From the NCBI GenBank assembly GCA_023409955.1, contig JAEYQQ010000131.1, positions 2,853-66,852 on the forward strand: DNA of 64,000 nt, read 5' to 3'. Positions 52,927 to 61,051 of this stretch are shown piece after piece. This DNA comes from Bacillota bacterium. GTDB taxonomy: Bacteria > Bacillota > Clostridia > Christensenellales > Aristaeellaceae. Made by a program: the position numbers and the translations under genes. A model generated the notes under the pieces. The model saw only the letters and a program-made list of their open reading frames with translations. It was not told where the DNA came from and did not search any database. The number at the start of each line of letters is the position of its first letter. Position 1 is the stretch's first letter.

Positions 52927-53922
52927 TTATGCCGGGTATTTTTTCAGCAGATCCAGAATATATCCTGCTCGCTGCTGATAGGTGTGTTCTTTCACGCTTA
53001 GCACCGCATTGTTTCGTACTTCGCGCCACTTATCCATGTTTGTCTTATAGTATTCCACCAGCTCCAGGGTTTGTTCTGGGCTGGAGGATACGGCGATGTC
53101 ACGGCCGGGTACGAACAACTCGCGGATGGCATGATTATCCATTGAAAGGGCAAACCCGCCGGAACCCAATATTTCAAAGGTGCGCTTGGTAATGGTATGC
53201 TCATGGTTTTGTGTGACCAGGTTGATAAAAGCACTGTTATATGCGGCGCAGGTTTTCTCATAAGGAAGATAGTAGTGATACACCATGTTTGGCACATCTT
53301 TACCCATTAGTTGCATAAGCAGCTGCCGGTACCCTGTATCGCCGTAATAATGAATTTGGTATCCGTTTTCCAGCAGCGGCTTTATCAAAACGTTGATGGA
53401 TTTTAACCGAAAGTGGTCAGGGTGGGCCTTTATGATTGTGGAGTAGGAGTTGCCGATGAGATTGATATAAAACTGATCATTGTCCAGGCCTTGCATTGGG
53501 CGGTGAGATAGGGGGCTGTAGGCGTAATGCATCATTTCACAGGGAAAGTTTCGTTTTACTATAAAATCATGCATCTCAGGGCACATGGTCAGCACAAGGT
53601 CAGGCTTAGACAAAGAGATGACATCCATTTCAATACCCTCGCCGCTGGCGGAGCTGAAATATGTGCTGGATATGCCATCGGTATCCCAGTGGATATATCT
53701 CATGGACGACCTGCCGCGCTCACCCAAAGCTTTCAGCGCATTGGGCGCAAGCTCTGTTGGTGCGCCTAGTGTAATCAAGAGGTCCGGTTTCTCATGTGTA
53801 AGGACCATGCGCATTTCTTCTGCTCCAGATGCTGCTATGATGTTGGTTTCATGTCCCAGTGCGGCAAAGCCCCACATCATATCAACGGAGAACAACCTAT
53901 TTCCCCAAATGAGTACTTTCAT
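52927..53922 (-). CDS. CgeB-family protein, paralog 2
   Basis: 331 aa; same blocks (YIHWDTDG, INLVTQNHEHTITKRTFEILGSGG, VSSSPEQTLELV, EHTYQQRAGYI); stops of the two paralogs are 13 nt apart. Confidence 0.65.
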   Translation of the reverse strand: MKVLIWGNRLFSVDMMWGFAALGHETNIIAASGAEEMRMVLTHEKPDLLITLGAPTELAPNALKALGERGRSSMRYIHWDTDGISSTYFSSASGEGIEMDVISLSKPDLVLTMCPEMHDFIVKRNFPCEMMHYAYSPLSHRPMQGLDNDQFYINLIGNSYSTIIKAHPDHFRLKSINVLIKPLLENGYQIHYYGDTGYRQLLMQLMGKDVPNMVYHYYLPYEKTCAAYNSAFINLVTQNHEHTITKRTFEILGSGGFALSMDNHAIRELFVPGRDIAVSSSPEQTLELVEYYKTNMDKWREVRNNAVLSVKEHTYQQRAGYILDLLKKYPA

Positions 53923-54279
53923 ACTATCACCTTTCGTACAGTTCAGGATGCATTCCAGCTACAATCTATGAATGTCAAGAACCGGCGGTTCCGAATACCG
54001 GAATTGGGGAGAGAAGGCAGCAAATATCAGTTCTCATAAGCACTTGTATTTGTGCTTGCTGTGTGACGTGGTTGATAATGCTTATGAAATTATATGGTTA
54101 TAGATAATAATATATTTATGAAAGTACAATAAATATTTGGTTGACATGCCATAAAAGCCGTGATACACTTGGAAAACCATTCGGCGATGAAGGGCATATA
54201 TATCAGGGCTGAATGTGTATGATTGAAAGCAATAAAATCTCCATTTGTTGATAGATTAATGAGAAGGAGAAGGTTATCC

Positions 54280-55143
54280 GTGATCCACATTCTGACGGAC
54301 GGTATATCTGACATCAAGCCGCAGGAAGCATTAAAGATGGAAGTGCAGGTGCTACCGCTGCATATTCACTTTGAAAATGAATACATTGAAGATATTTTAT
54401 CCATTAATGAAGAGGAATTTTATCGGCGGCTGGCAGTGGCAAGTAAGCTGCCCAAAACAAGCCAAGTGACGCCGGAGGCATTTTATGATGCATATGTACA
54501 GGCGTTGGAGCGTAAGGATGAGGTGCTTGTCATCACTGGGTCCAGTGAATTGAGCGGTACATTTCAATCAGCAATGATCGCCAGAGACATGCTTTCCGAA
54601 GAAGACCGGGAGAGGGTTTATCTGGTGGATTCCCAAAGCGCCTCATTAGGAGAGGCAATGCTGGTTTATGAGGCTGTTCGTTTGCGGGAACAGGGTGAGG
54701 AGATAAGAACCATTCAAAAAGCAATTTTAACGCTGATTCCCCACCAGGTTTTGGTGGGTTTTGTTGAGGATTTGAAGTACTTGGTCATGGGCGGCAGGCT
54801 TTCATCCGTTGGTGCCAAGGTGGGCACCATGCTGCGCATTAAGCCTATGCTCCGCCTGAGGGACGGAAAACTGGATATGGCAGGAATTGCCCGGGGTACA
54901 CGCAATGCATATGATTGGTTGCTGCAGCAGCTGAAGCAGACACCGCCTGACCTTGCATATCCCGTGCATATCGCCAGTGCCCATGCTTCGGAGGCTTTGG
55001 AGGAGTTGAAATCCCACCTGATAGATCGAGGTGGGCTGACTGGGATGATTCGCACCATGGGCATTGGGCCGGCGACGGGTACGCATACAGGGCCAGGCTG
55101 CCTGGTAATCAGCTGGATATCCAAAGCTATTAGAAGAGCATAG
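54280..55143 (+). CDS. DegV family fatty-acid-binding protein
   Basis: GTG 54280 six nt after AAGGAGAAGG (track start 54223); VIHILTDGISDI, PKTSQVTPEAF, ITGSSELSGTFQSA, GPGCLVI. Confidence 0.85.
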   Translation: MIHILTDGISDIKPQEALKMEVQVLPLHIHFENEYIEDILSINEEEFYRRLAVASKLPKTSQVTPEAFYDAYVQALERKDEVLVITGSSELSGTFQSAMIARDMLSEEDRERVYLVDSQSASLGEAMLVYEAVRLREQGEEIRTIQKAILTLIPHQVLVGFVEDLKYLVMGGRLSSVGAKVGTMLRIKPMLRLRDGKLDMAGIARGTRNAYDWLLQQLKQTPPDLAYPVHIASAHASEALEELKSHLIDRGGLTGMIRTMGIGPATGTHTGPGCLVISWISKAIRRA

Positions 55144-55176
55144 AACAGCCTGCACAAGGATAGCGCTCCATTTTAT

Positions 55177-55212
55177 ACCACAGAGATGATGAATCATTTC
55201 TGTGGTTTTTTT
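55177..55212 (+). terminator. intrinsic terminator after degV
   Basis: ACCACAGA-loop-TCTGTGGT then TTTTTTT. Confidence 0.7.
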
Positions 55213-55309
55213 CTGTTTAAAGCAATTGATGATATGGCAGGGTGGCAGATGGGCTTCACTTACATATGATATGAGTGAAGGGTAGAAAAGACTGCAAAGG
55301 AGTACTAGC

Positions 55310-56392
55310 ATGGGACGCTACAAAATATGTGTATACGCCATTTGCAAAAATGAAGAGAAGTTTGTGGACCGTTGGATGGATGCAGTCAGCGAGGCGGATT
55401 TGGTGGTGGTGAGCGATACCGGTTCCACCGACCAAACGGTGAGCAAGCTGCGGTCAAGGGGGGCGCTGGTGTATGAAGATACGATATCCCCCTGGCGTTT
55501 TGATGATGCAAGAAACGCCGCCATGGATCATATCCCAGATGATGTTGATATTTGCGTTTCCAACGACCTGGATGAGATTTTTGAGCCGGGCTGGCGCCGT
55601 AAGCTGGAGGAGGCCTGGCGGCCCAACCATACCCGGGCGCGTTACCTTTTTACCTGGAGCCATAAGCCGGACGGTCAGCCAGATAAGCAATTTCCTATGG
55701 AAAAGATACACCGGCGCAAGGGATTTCGTTGGGTTCATCCTGTGCATGAGGTGCTGGCATACAAAGGACCGGATAAGGAAGAGGTGGTCTTTGTAAAAGG
55801 CATGGTGCTGAACCATTATCCGGACCTGTCCAAGCCCAGGAGTCAGTATCTGCCTCTTTTGGAGCTGTCAGCAAAAGAAAACCCTACGGATGATCGAACC
55901 ATCTTCTGGCTGGGCCGGGAGTATATGTACTATGGGAAGCATGACCAAAGCATAGAAACATTGAAACGGCATTTACAGCTGCCAGGAGCCCTGTGGGATG
56001 TGGAGCGCAGCGCATCCATGCGCTATATAGCCAAATGTTATCAAGCGAAAAATGATATAACAGAGGCAAAACGCTGGCTTTACAGGGCGATTGCCGAGTG
56101 TTCGGTGATACGTGAGCCTTATCATGATATGGCAAGGCTTGGATATATATTAAATGATTGGCCGCTGACATTTATGATGGTAGAGAAGGGGCTTGCAGTC
56201 ACGATGCAGATCGGAGGTTATCTTTTGGAGCCGTCAAGCTGGGGCTACAGCCTGTATGATCTTGGGGCCATTGCATGTTATCAGCTGGGTCTTTACAAAA
56301 AAGCTCGTGATTATGCAAGAAAAGCCTATGATCTGGAGCCTGCGGATCAGAGGCTGAAAAACAATTTGATGCTGATAGAAGCGAAATTATGA
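55310..56392 (+). CDS. glycosyltransferase (GT-A N-terminal domain) with C-terminal TPR-like repeats, paralog 1
   Basis: KICVYAICKNEEKFVDRWMDAVSEADLVVVSDTGSTDQTV, DDARN, SNDLDE; helical repeat C-terminus. Confidence 0.7.
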   Translation: MGRYKICVYAICKNEEKFVDRWMDAVSEADLVVVSDTGSTDQTVSKLRSRGALVYEDTISPWRFDDARNAAMDHIPDDVDICVSNDLDEIFEPGWRRKLEEAWRPNHTRARYLFTWSHKPDGQPDKQFPMEKIHRRKGFRWVHPVHEVLAYKGPDKEEVVFVKGMVLNHYPDLSKPRSQYLPLLELSAKENPTDDRTIFWLGREYMYYGKHDQSIETLKRHLQLPGALWDVERSASMRYIAKCYQAKNDITEAKRWLYRAIAECSVIREPYHDMARLGYILNDWPLTFMMVEKGLAVTMQIGGYLLEPSSWGYSLYDLGAIACYQLGLYKKARDYARKAYDLEPADQRLKNNLMLIEAKL

Positions 56393-56411
56393 TATTGCAG
56401 AGGATGTCGTT

Positions 56412-57512
56412 ATGGCTGGATATAAAATATGTGTATATGCCATTTGCAAAAACGAGGCAATGTTTGTAGACCGGTGGATGGATTCCATGAGCGAGGCTGA
56501 CCTTGTTGTGGTAACGGATACCGGCTCCACTGACGGCACGGTGGAAAAGCTGAGGGCACGGGGGGCGAAGGTTTTTGTCCATCCGGTGAAGCCCTGGCGT
56601 TTTGATGTTGCCAGAAATGTATCTCTTGACAATCTGCCCCCGGATACGGACATTTGTGTTTGCACCGATTTGGATGAGCTGTTTGAAAAGGGTTGGCGGG
56701 CCAAGCTGGAAGCGGCCTGGCTCCCGGATGCGAAGCAGGCGAAATATATTTACAACTGGAGCCTGAAAGAGGATGGGACGCCTTATGTGCAAATGCATTA
56801 TGCCAAAGTCCACGCACGTCAGGGGTTTGTATGGCAGGACCCCGTACACGAATGGTTGAGCTACCGGGGAACGGAGCCTAAAGTCACAGTATTTGTAGAA
56901 GGTATGGTGCTCAATCATTATCCGGATGATGCAAAATCCCGTGGGTCCTATCTTCCGCTTTTGGAGCTGGGGGTAGAGGAAAGCCCGTTTAGTGACCGGC
57001 TGAGGTATTATCTGGGCCGAGAATATATGTACAAGAGCGAGTGGGAGAAGTGCATTGATACCTTAAAGGCGTATTTGAAGCTTCCCACAGCCACATGGAA
57101 TGAAGAGCGGAGTGCTGCCATGCGCTGGATTGCAAAATCCTATCATCAAATGAACAATCAACCTGAGGCGTATGCATGGTACTACCGGGCTATTGCAGAA
57201 GCGCCTTATATGCGGGATGCGTATGTGGAATGCGCCAAAATGGCCTATCAGCTTTCAGATTGGCCAACCGCATTTTTTATGGCGGAGGAAGCGCTGAAAA
57301 TCCGGGAACGTTCTAAAACCTATGTGAACATGGGTTATTCCTGGGATCATACACCAAATGACCTGGCAGCCATTGCCTGCTTCCAGCTGGGAATGTATGA
57401 GCGGGCGGCAGACCATGCCCAGGCAGCATTATTGATGACCCCGGAAGACGAAAGGCTGAAAATCAACCTAAAGCTGATACGGGAAAAGATCAATGGCCTA
57501 GCAAGCATATAG
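56412..57512 (+). CDS. glycosyltransferase (GT-A N-terminal domain) with C-terminal TPR-like repeats, paralog 2
   Basis: KICVYAICKNEAMFVDRWMDSMSEADLVVVTDTGSTDGTV, CTDLDE; tandem to paralog 1. Confidence 0.7.
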   Translation: MAGYKICVYAICKNEAMFVDRWMDSMSEADLVVVTDTGSTDGTVEKLRARGAKVFVHPVKPWRFDVARNVSLDNLPPDTDICVCTDLDELFEKGWRAKLEAAWLPDAKQAKYIYNWSLKEDGTPYVQMHYAKVHARQGFVWQDPVHEWLSYRGTEPKVTVFVEGMVLNHYPDDAKSRGSYLPLLELGVEESPFSDRLRYYLGREYMYKSEWEKCIDTLKAYLKLPTATWNEERSAAMRWIAKSYHQMNNQPEAYAWYYRAIAEAPYMRDAYVECAKMAYQLSDWPTAFFMAEEALKIRERSKTYVNMGYSWDHTPNDLAAIACFQLGMYERAADHAQAALLMTPEDERLKINLKLIREKINGLASI

Positions 57513-57743
57513 CGACATGGAATGATATGGCAATTGGGAAACTGGATTGCAAAAAGCAACGCCTGCGCTAGGCGTTTGATGCATAGCGCAGGCAGTGCGA
57601 TACAAGAACTAAGTCAAATGTCAGTAAATCAAACGAGCTCCCTGTTTTTTTAAACCATCTCTCAAATCATTGTTTTGCATTCACCGACTTGATCCAAAAC
57701 TAAACCATTTGGCAAGTACACACAAATTTTTCCCATTTAGGGG

Positions 57744-57772
57744 TTGACAATTTTATGGCAGAATGGTAATCT
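57744..57772 (+). promoter_or_regulatory. sigma-70-type promoter for ABC cassette leader
   Basis: TTGACA, 17 nt, TGgTAATCT. Confidence 0.55.
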
Positions 57773-57829
57773 GATTCCGCTGGTGAACATCACTGCGCCC
57801 TAAATTGAAGGAAAGGAGGCACGAACTCA

Positions 57830-57931
57830 ATGACAATCAATCGAGCAAACAAACTGGCAATCGGTTTTGGAATTCGACAGATGGGCAGAGATCGTGTCTC
57901 TGCAGCATATAACTTCAAATTGGGCGCCTAG
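57830..57931 (+). CDS. 33-codon leader ORF (not in ORF track)
   Basis: AAAGGAGG 10 nt before ATG; MTINRANKLAIGFGIRQMGRDRVSAAYNFKLGA; lies between promoter and leader terminator. Confidence 0.4.
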   Translation: MTINRANKLAIGFGIRQMGRDRVSAAYNFKLGA

Positions 57932-58040
57932 TGCTAAGATACGTGGAATGACGAAGCACTTGGTGCATAGTCTGACCACGCCATGATTGTCAGCGAAATA
58001 GCGGGATACCTGTGATACATGGGTATATGCGAGCTTTTTC

Positions 58041-58073
58041 ACGGCGGGGTTGTATAACCACCGCTGTTTTTTT
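58041..58073 (+). terminator. intrinsic terminator inside leader (attenuator) upstream of ABC genes
   Basis: ACGGCGGGGTT-gtat-AACC(a)CCGCTGT, about 11 bp with one bulge, then TTTTTTT; ABC RBS follows 30 nt later. Confidence 0.65.
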
Positions 58074-58115
58074 GCGCAAAAAAGATCTAGGCAGACCATG
58101 TAAGGAGAAAACGCC

Positions 58116-60377
58116 ATGAAAACCCACATTCCCGAGTACATGCTATCGGCCTTTCAAAGCCAGGGCATTGATGCCCAAAAGCTGATCTACGCCATTCATG
58201 CTGATATGGCGCTGGATGGCAGCCATGCCGACACGTATGCGGCCATTGACAAAGAGCATCTGTATATCCTCTATGGTTTAGAGAAAGTGGTGAAGGTTAC
58301 CGGGGCCCGGCGCATTGTGTCGGCCTATGAGCTTCACAGCATGGATACCTTTGCGCTCAAAGACCTGGGCGAACTAAAATGCGAGCGGCTTTTATCCACC
58401 GGCCGGATGTATAGTGAAAAGGATGGCGATGCCAAAATCCTCATGCTTTTCTCCGTGGGATATTTGTCCTATGTGGAGCGGCTGATCAAGGCTGTTCAAA
58501 ACATTCGCAATGGAATTGACCCATTGACTGAAATCCTTGTGGATGAAGAGCTTTTCTGCAACAAGTGCGGCACGCGGTATCCAGAGCCGGAGCGCAAGCT
58601 TTGCCCCAAGTGCATGGACAAAAAGTCCATTTCCATGCGGCTTATGGGCTTTTTCAAAGATTACTGGCGCAAGGTACTGGTGATTTTCCTGGTCATGCTG
58701 GGGAGCACGGTTTTCTCCATCGCAACGCCTTATGTCAGTACCAAGCTGCTCTTTGATGATGTTTTGGTGGAGGGCGGCCAGTATTATGGCCTGGTATTGG
58801 GCATTGTAGGCATGATCCTGCTGGTGAGGGTGCTGGGCGTTAGTATGAATATACTGTACTCCTATGTTCTGTCCCGTACTGTGCCATGGATCGTATACGA
58901 TTTGAAGGTGAAAATCTTTGAGGCGATGCAGCGGCTGTCTGTTGGCTTCTATACCTCCAAACGCACCGGCGCGCTGATGAACCGTATCAATAAGGATGCC
59001 ACCAACATTTATTGGTTCTTTGTGGACGGCCTTCCCTATGTGGTGATGAATGTACTTACCTTTTCGGGCGTTGTCACCCTTATGTTCACCCTCAACACCA
59101 CCCTGGCGGTGATCTCCCTGGTGTTTATCCCCGTTGCGATTTTGCTGTTTCGTATATTGTGGGGCGTTTTCCGGCGCTTCCACCACAAAAACTGGGTGTA
59201 TGGATCGCAGCTCAACGCCATGGTATCCGACTCTGTCAACGGCCAACGGGTAATCAAGGCCTTTGCCCGGGAGGATGACGAGACATCCCGGTTTATGGAT
59301 GTGGGCAACAAACAAGCGGGTGTTGATGCAGCGTCCTTAAATGTTGGATTTACGGCCTTCCCGCTGATATATCTGTTCATGTTTGCAAGTCAGGTGGCGA
59401 TAACCATTGTGGGCGGCATGATGGTGCTAAGGCAGGAGATCAGCGTCGGTATGCTGCTTACCTTTATTGCATACCTGCAAATGCTTCACGGGCCGCTGGA
59501 GTTCATGTCCTGGGTATCCAACTGGTGGGCCCGTTGCGTAGATGCTGCCCAACGTGTATTTGAGATCATCGATGCCAAGCCGGATGTGGCGGAGCCGGAG
59601 AATCCCATTGCGCTGGATCACTTTGCCGGCCGGATTGATGTTAGCAACGTATGGTTTGAATATGACCCGGCAACACCTATCCTAAAGGGCATTGACCTGC
59701 ATGTGGAAGCTGGCAAGATGCTGGGAATTGTAGGCAAGACCGGTGCGGGAAAATCTACCCTGGCGAACCTGATTGCCCGGTTGTACGATGTCAACCAGGG
59801 CAGTGTAAAAATCGATGGCGTGGATGTTCGCCAGCTTTCGCTGAAGATGCTGCGCGGCAGTATCGGTATCGTGTCACAGGATATTTACCTGTTTATTGGC
59901 ACCATTGCAGATAACATCCGTTATGCCAACCCCGGCGCAAGCATTGAAGATGTGATCAGAGCTGCCAAGGCTGCTTCGGCCCATGATTTTATTATGAACC
60001 TGCCGGATGGCTATGAAACCAGGGTGGGCGCAGGCGGCCAGGATCTATCCGGTGGTGAGAAGCAGCGGCTGTCCATTGCCCGTACCATTATTCAAAATCC
60101 CAAGATTCTTATACTGGATGAAGCTACGGCGGCCATGGATACAGAGACCGAGGGCAATATCCAGCTGGCGCTGGCCAAGCTGCAAAAGGGCAGAACCACC
60201 ATTTCCATTGCACATCGCCTGTCCACCTTGCGGGATGCCGATAGTCTGGCAGTGATCAGCGAGGGGAAGGTTGTGGAAACCGGTACCCATGCAGAGCTTA
60301 TTGCCAAGAAGGGCGAGTATTACAAACTTTACAACATCCAGATGGAGGGGCTGAAAGTCATTTCCATGGAAGCGTAA
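58116..60377 (+). CDS. ABC exporter half-transporter (TMD-NBD) with about 170-aa N-terminal soluble domain ending in a zinc ribbon
   Basis: 753 aa, AAGGAG 8 nt before ATG; CNKCG-x11-CPKC at 58557..58613; six TM helices; GKTGAGKST, LSGGEKQR, ILILDEAT. Confidence 0.9.
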   Translation: MKTHIPEYMLSAFQSQGIDAQKLIYAIHADMALDGSHADTYAAIDKEHLYILYGLEKVVKVTGARRIVSAYELHSMDTFALKDLGELKCERLLSTGRMYSEKDGDAKILMLFSVGYLSYVERLIKAVQNIRNGIDPLTEILVDEELFCNKCGTRYPEPERKLCPKCMDKKSISMRLMGFFKDYWRKVLVIFLVMLGSTVFSIATPYVSTKLLFDDVLVEGGQYYGLVLGIVGMILLVRVLGVSMNILYSYVLSRTVPWIVYDLKVKIFEAMQRLSVGFYTSKRTGALMNRINKDATNIYWFFVDGLPYVVMNVLTFSGVVTLMFTLNTTLAVISLVFIPVAILLFRILWGVFRRFHHKNWVYGSQLNAMVSDSVNGQRVIKAFAREDDETSRFMDVGNKQAGVDAASLNVGFTAFPLIYLFMFASQVAITIVGGMMVLRQEISVGMLLTFIAYLQMLHGPLEFMSWVSNWWARCVDAAQRVFEIIDAKPDVAEPENPIALDHFAGRIDVSNVWFEYDPATPILKGIDLHVEAGKMLGIVGKTGAGKSTLANLIARLYDVNQGSVKIDGVDVRQLSLKMLRGSIGIVSQDIYLFIGTIADNIRYANPGASIEDVIRAAKAASAHDFIMNLPDGYETRVGAGGQDLSGGEKQRLSIARTIIQNPKILILDEATAAMDTETEGNIQLALAKLQKGRTTISIAHRLSTLRDADSLAVISEGKVVETGTHAELIAKKGEYYKLYNIQMEGLKVISMEA

Positions 60378-60439
60378 TAACGGCTTCCATCCGCCAAATC
60401 CGCCCTGTTATCTGCTAAAAAAATGTGGAGGATCAACGT

Positions 60440-60985
60440 ATGCAAACCGTTGCAGCAAACAGCATGCAAAGTCTATCAGATGCCATTGACATTGGGTTTC
60501 TGGAGGTAAGTCAGGCTAAGTTCTTTAAAACTGAAGGCGGTTTTACGGGGCTTCATTACAAAGGGACGGAGTACAAGCGCATTTGCCTTCGGCGGGCGCT
60601 GCCCCTTGGTGATCCCAGCGGCTTTATCTCCATTGCAGATCATGAGAACAAGGAGATCGCCATCATCCGCAGCCTTGCCGATTTTTCGGGCGAGCAGCTT
60701 CAAATTGTGCTGGATGAGCTGGATAGCCGGTATTATTGCCCCCAGATCCATGAGATCAAGTCCATCAAGGATAAGCTGGGCTATGTGTACATGGAAATGG
60801 TTATCGGAGGCAAGGATGGTAAAAGTGAAAGGACTTGTGCCATCAAGGATGTGAACAGGAATATCCGCATGCTGAAAAATGATAAGCTAATCATTTTTGA
60901 TGTGGATGGAAACCGGTATATCATCCCCTCACTGGAGGGTCTGGAAAAGAAGAGCCTGAAACGTTTGGAGCCATTCCTTTTCTAA
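60440..60985 (+). CDS. small soluble protein, DUF1854-like (from memory)
   Basis: ATG 60440 seven nt after GGAGGA (track start 60425); 181 aa; ...RRALPLGDPSGFISI.D..NKEIAIIRSL..., IIFDVDGNRYIIPSLE. Confidence 0.55.
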   Translation: MQTVAANSMQSLSDAIDIGFLEVSQAKFFKTEGGFTGLHYKGTEYKRICLRRALPLGDPSGFISIADHENKEIAIIRSLADFSGEQLQIVLDELDSRYYCPQIHEIKSIKDKLGYVYMEMVIGGKDGKSERTCAIKDVNRNIRMLKNDKLIIFDVDGNRYIIPSLEGLEKKSLKRLEPFLF

Positions 60986-61051
60986 GCCAGGCCAAGCTGC
61001 TGGAAAAGGTTGAAGCTGTGCCCTCTTTCGACCAGGTTAGGAGTTGATTTT

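Noticed and set aside
52618-53230. Inverted homologous segments in the two CgeB-like genes, as a site for recombination that would swap their C-termini (shufflon-like).
   Set aside because: The similarity is at protein level. The longest identical nucleotide run I see is about 14 nt, with synonymous differences throughout. That is too short for homologous recombination, and no recombinase is nearby.
57827-58141. A 104-aa minus-strand ORF covering the ABC leader.
   Set aside because: It has no RBS and runs antisense to a promoter/leader/terminator arrangement that explains the region better. Its Cys/Phe-rich composition looks non-coding.
58116-58640. The possibility that the N-terminal extension of the first ABC protein is a separate upstream gene or a mis-called start.
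   Set aside because: No in-frame stop separates it from the TMD. The only good RBS is at 58116, right after the leader terminator. The second ABC gene has the same kind of extension, which argues for genuine fusions.
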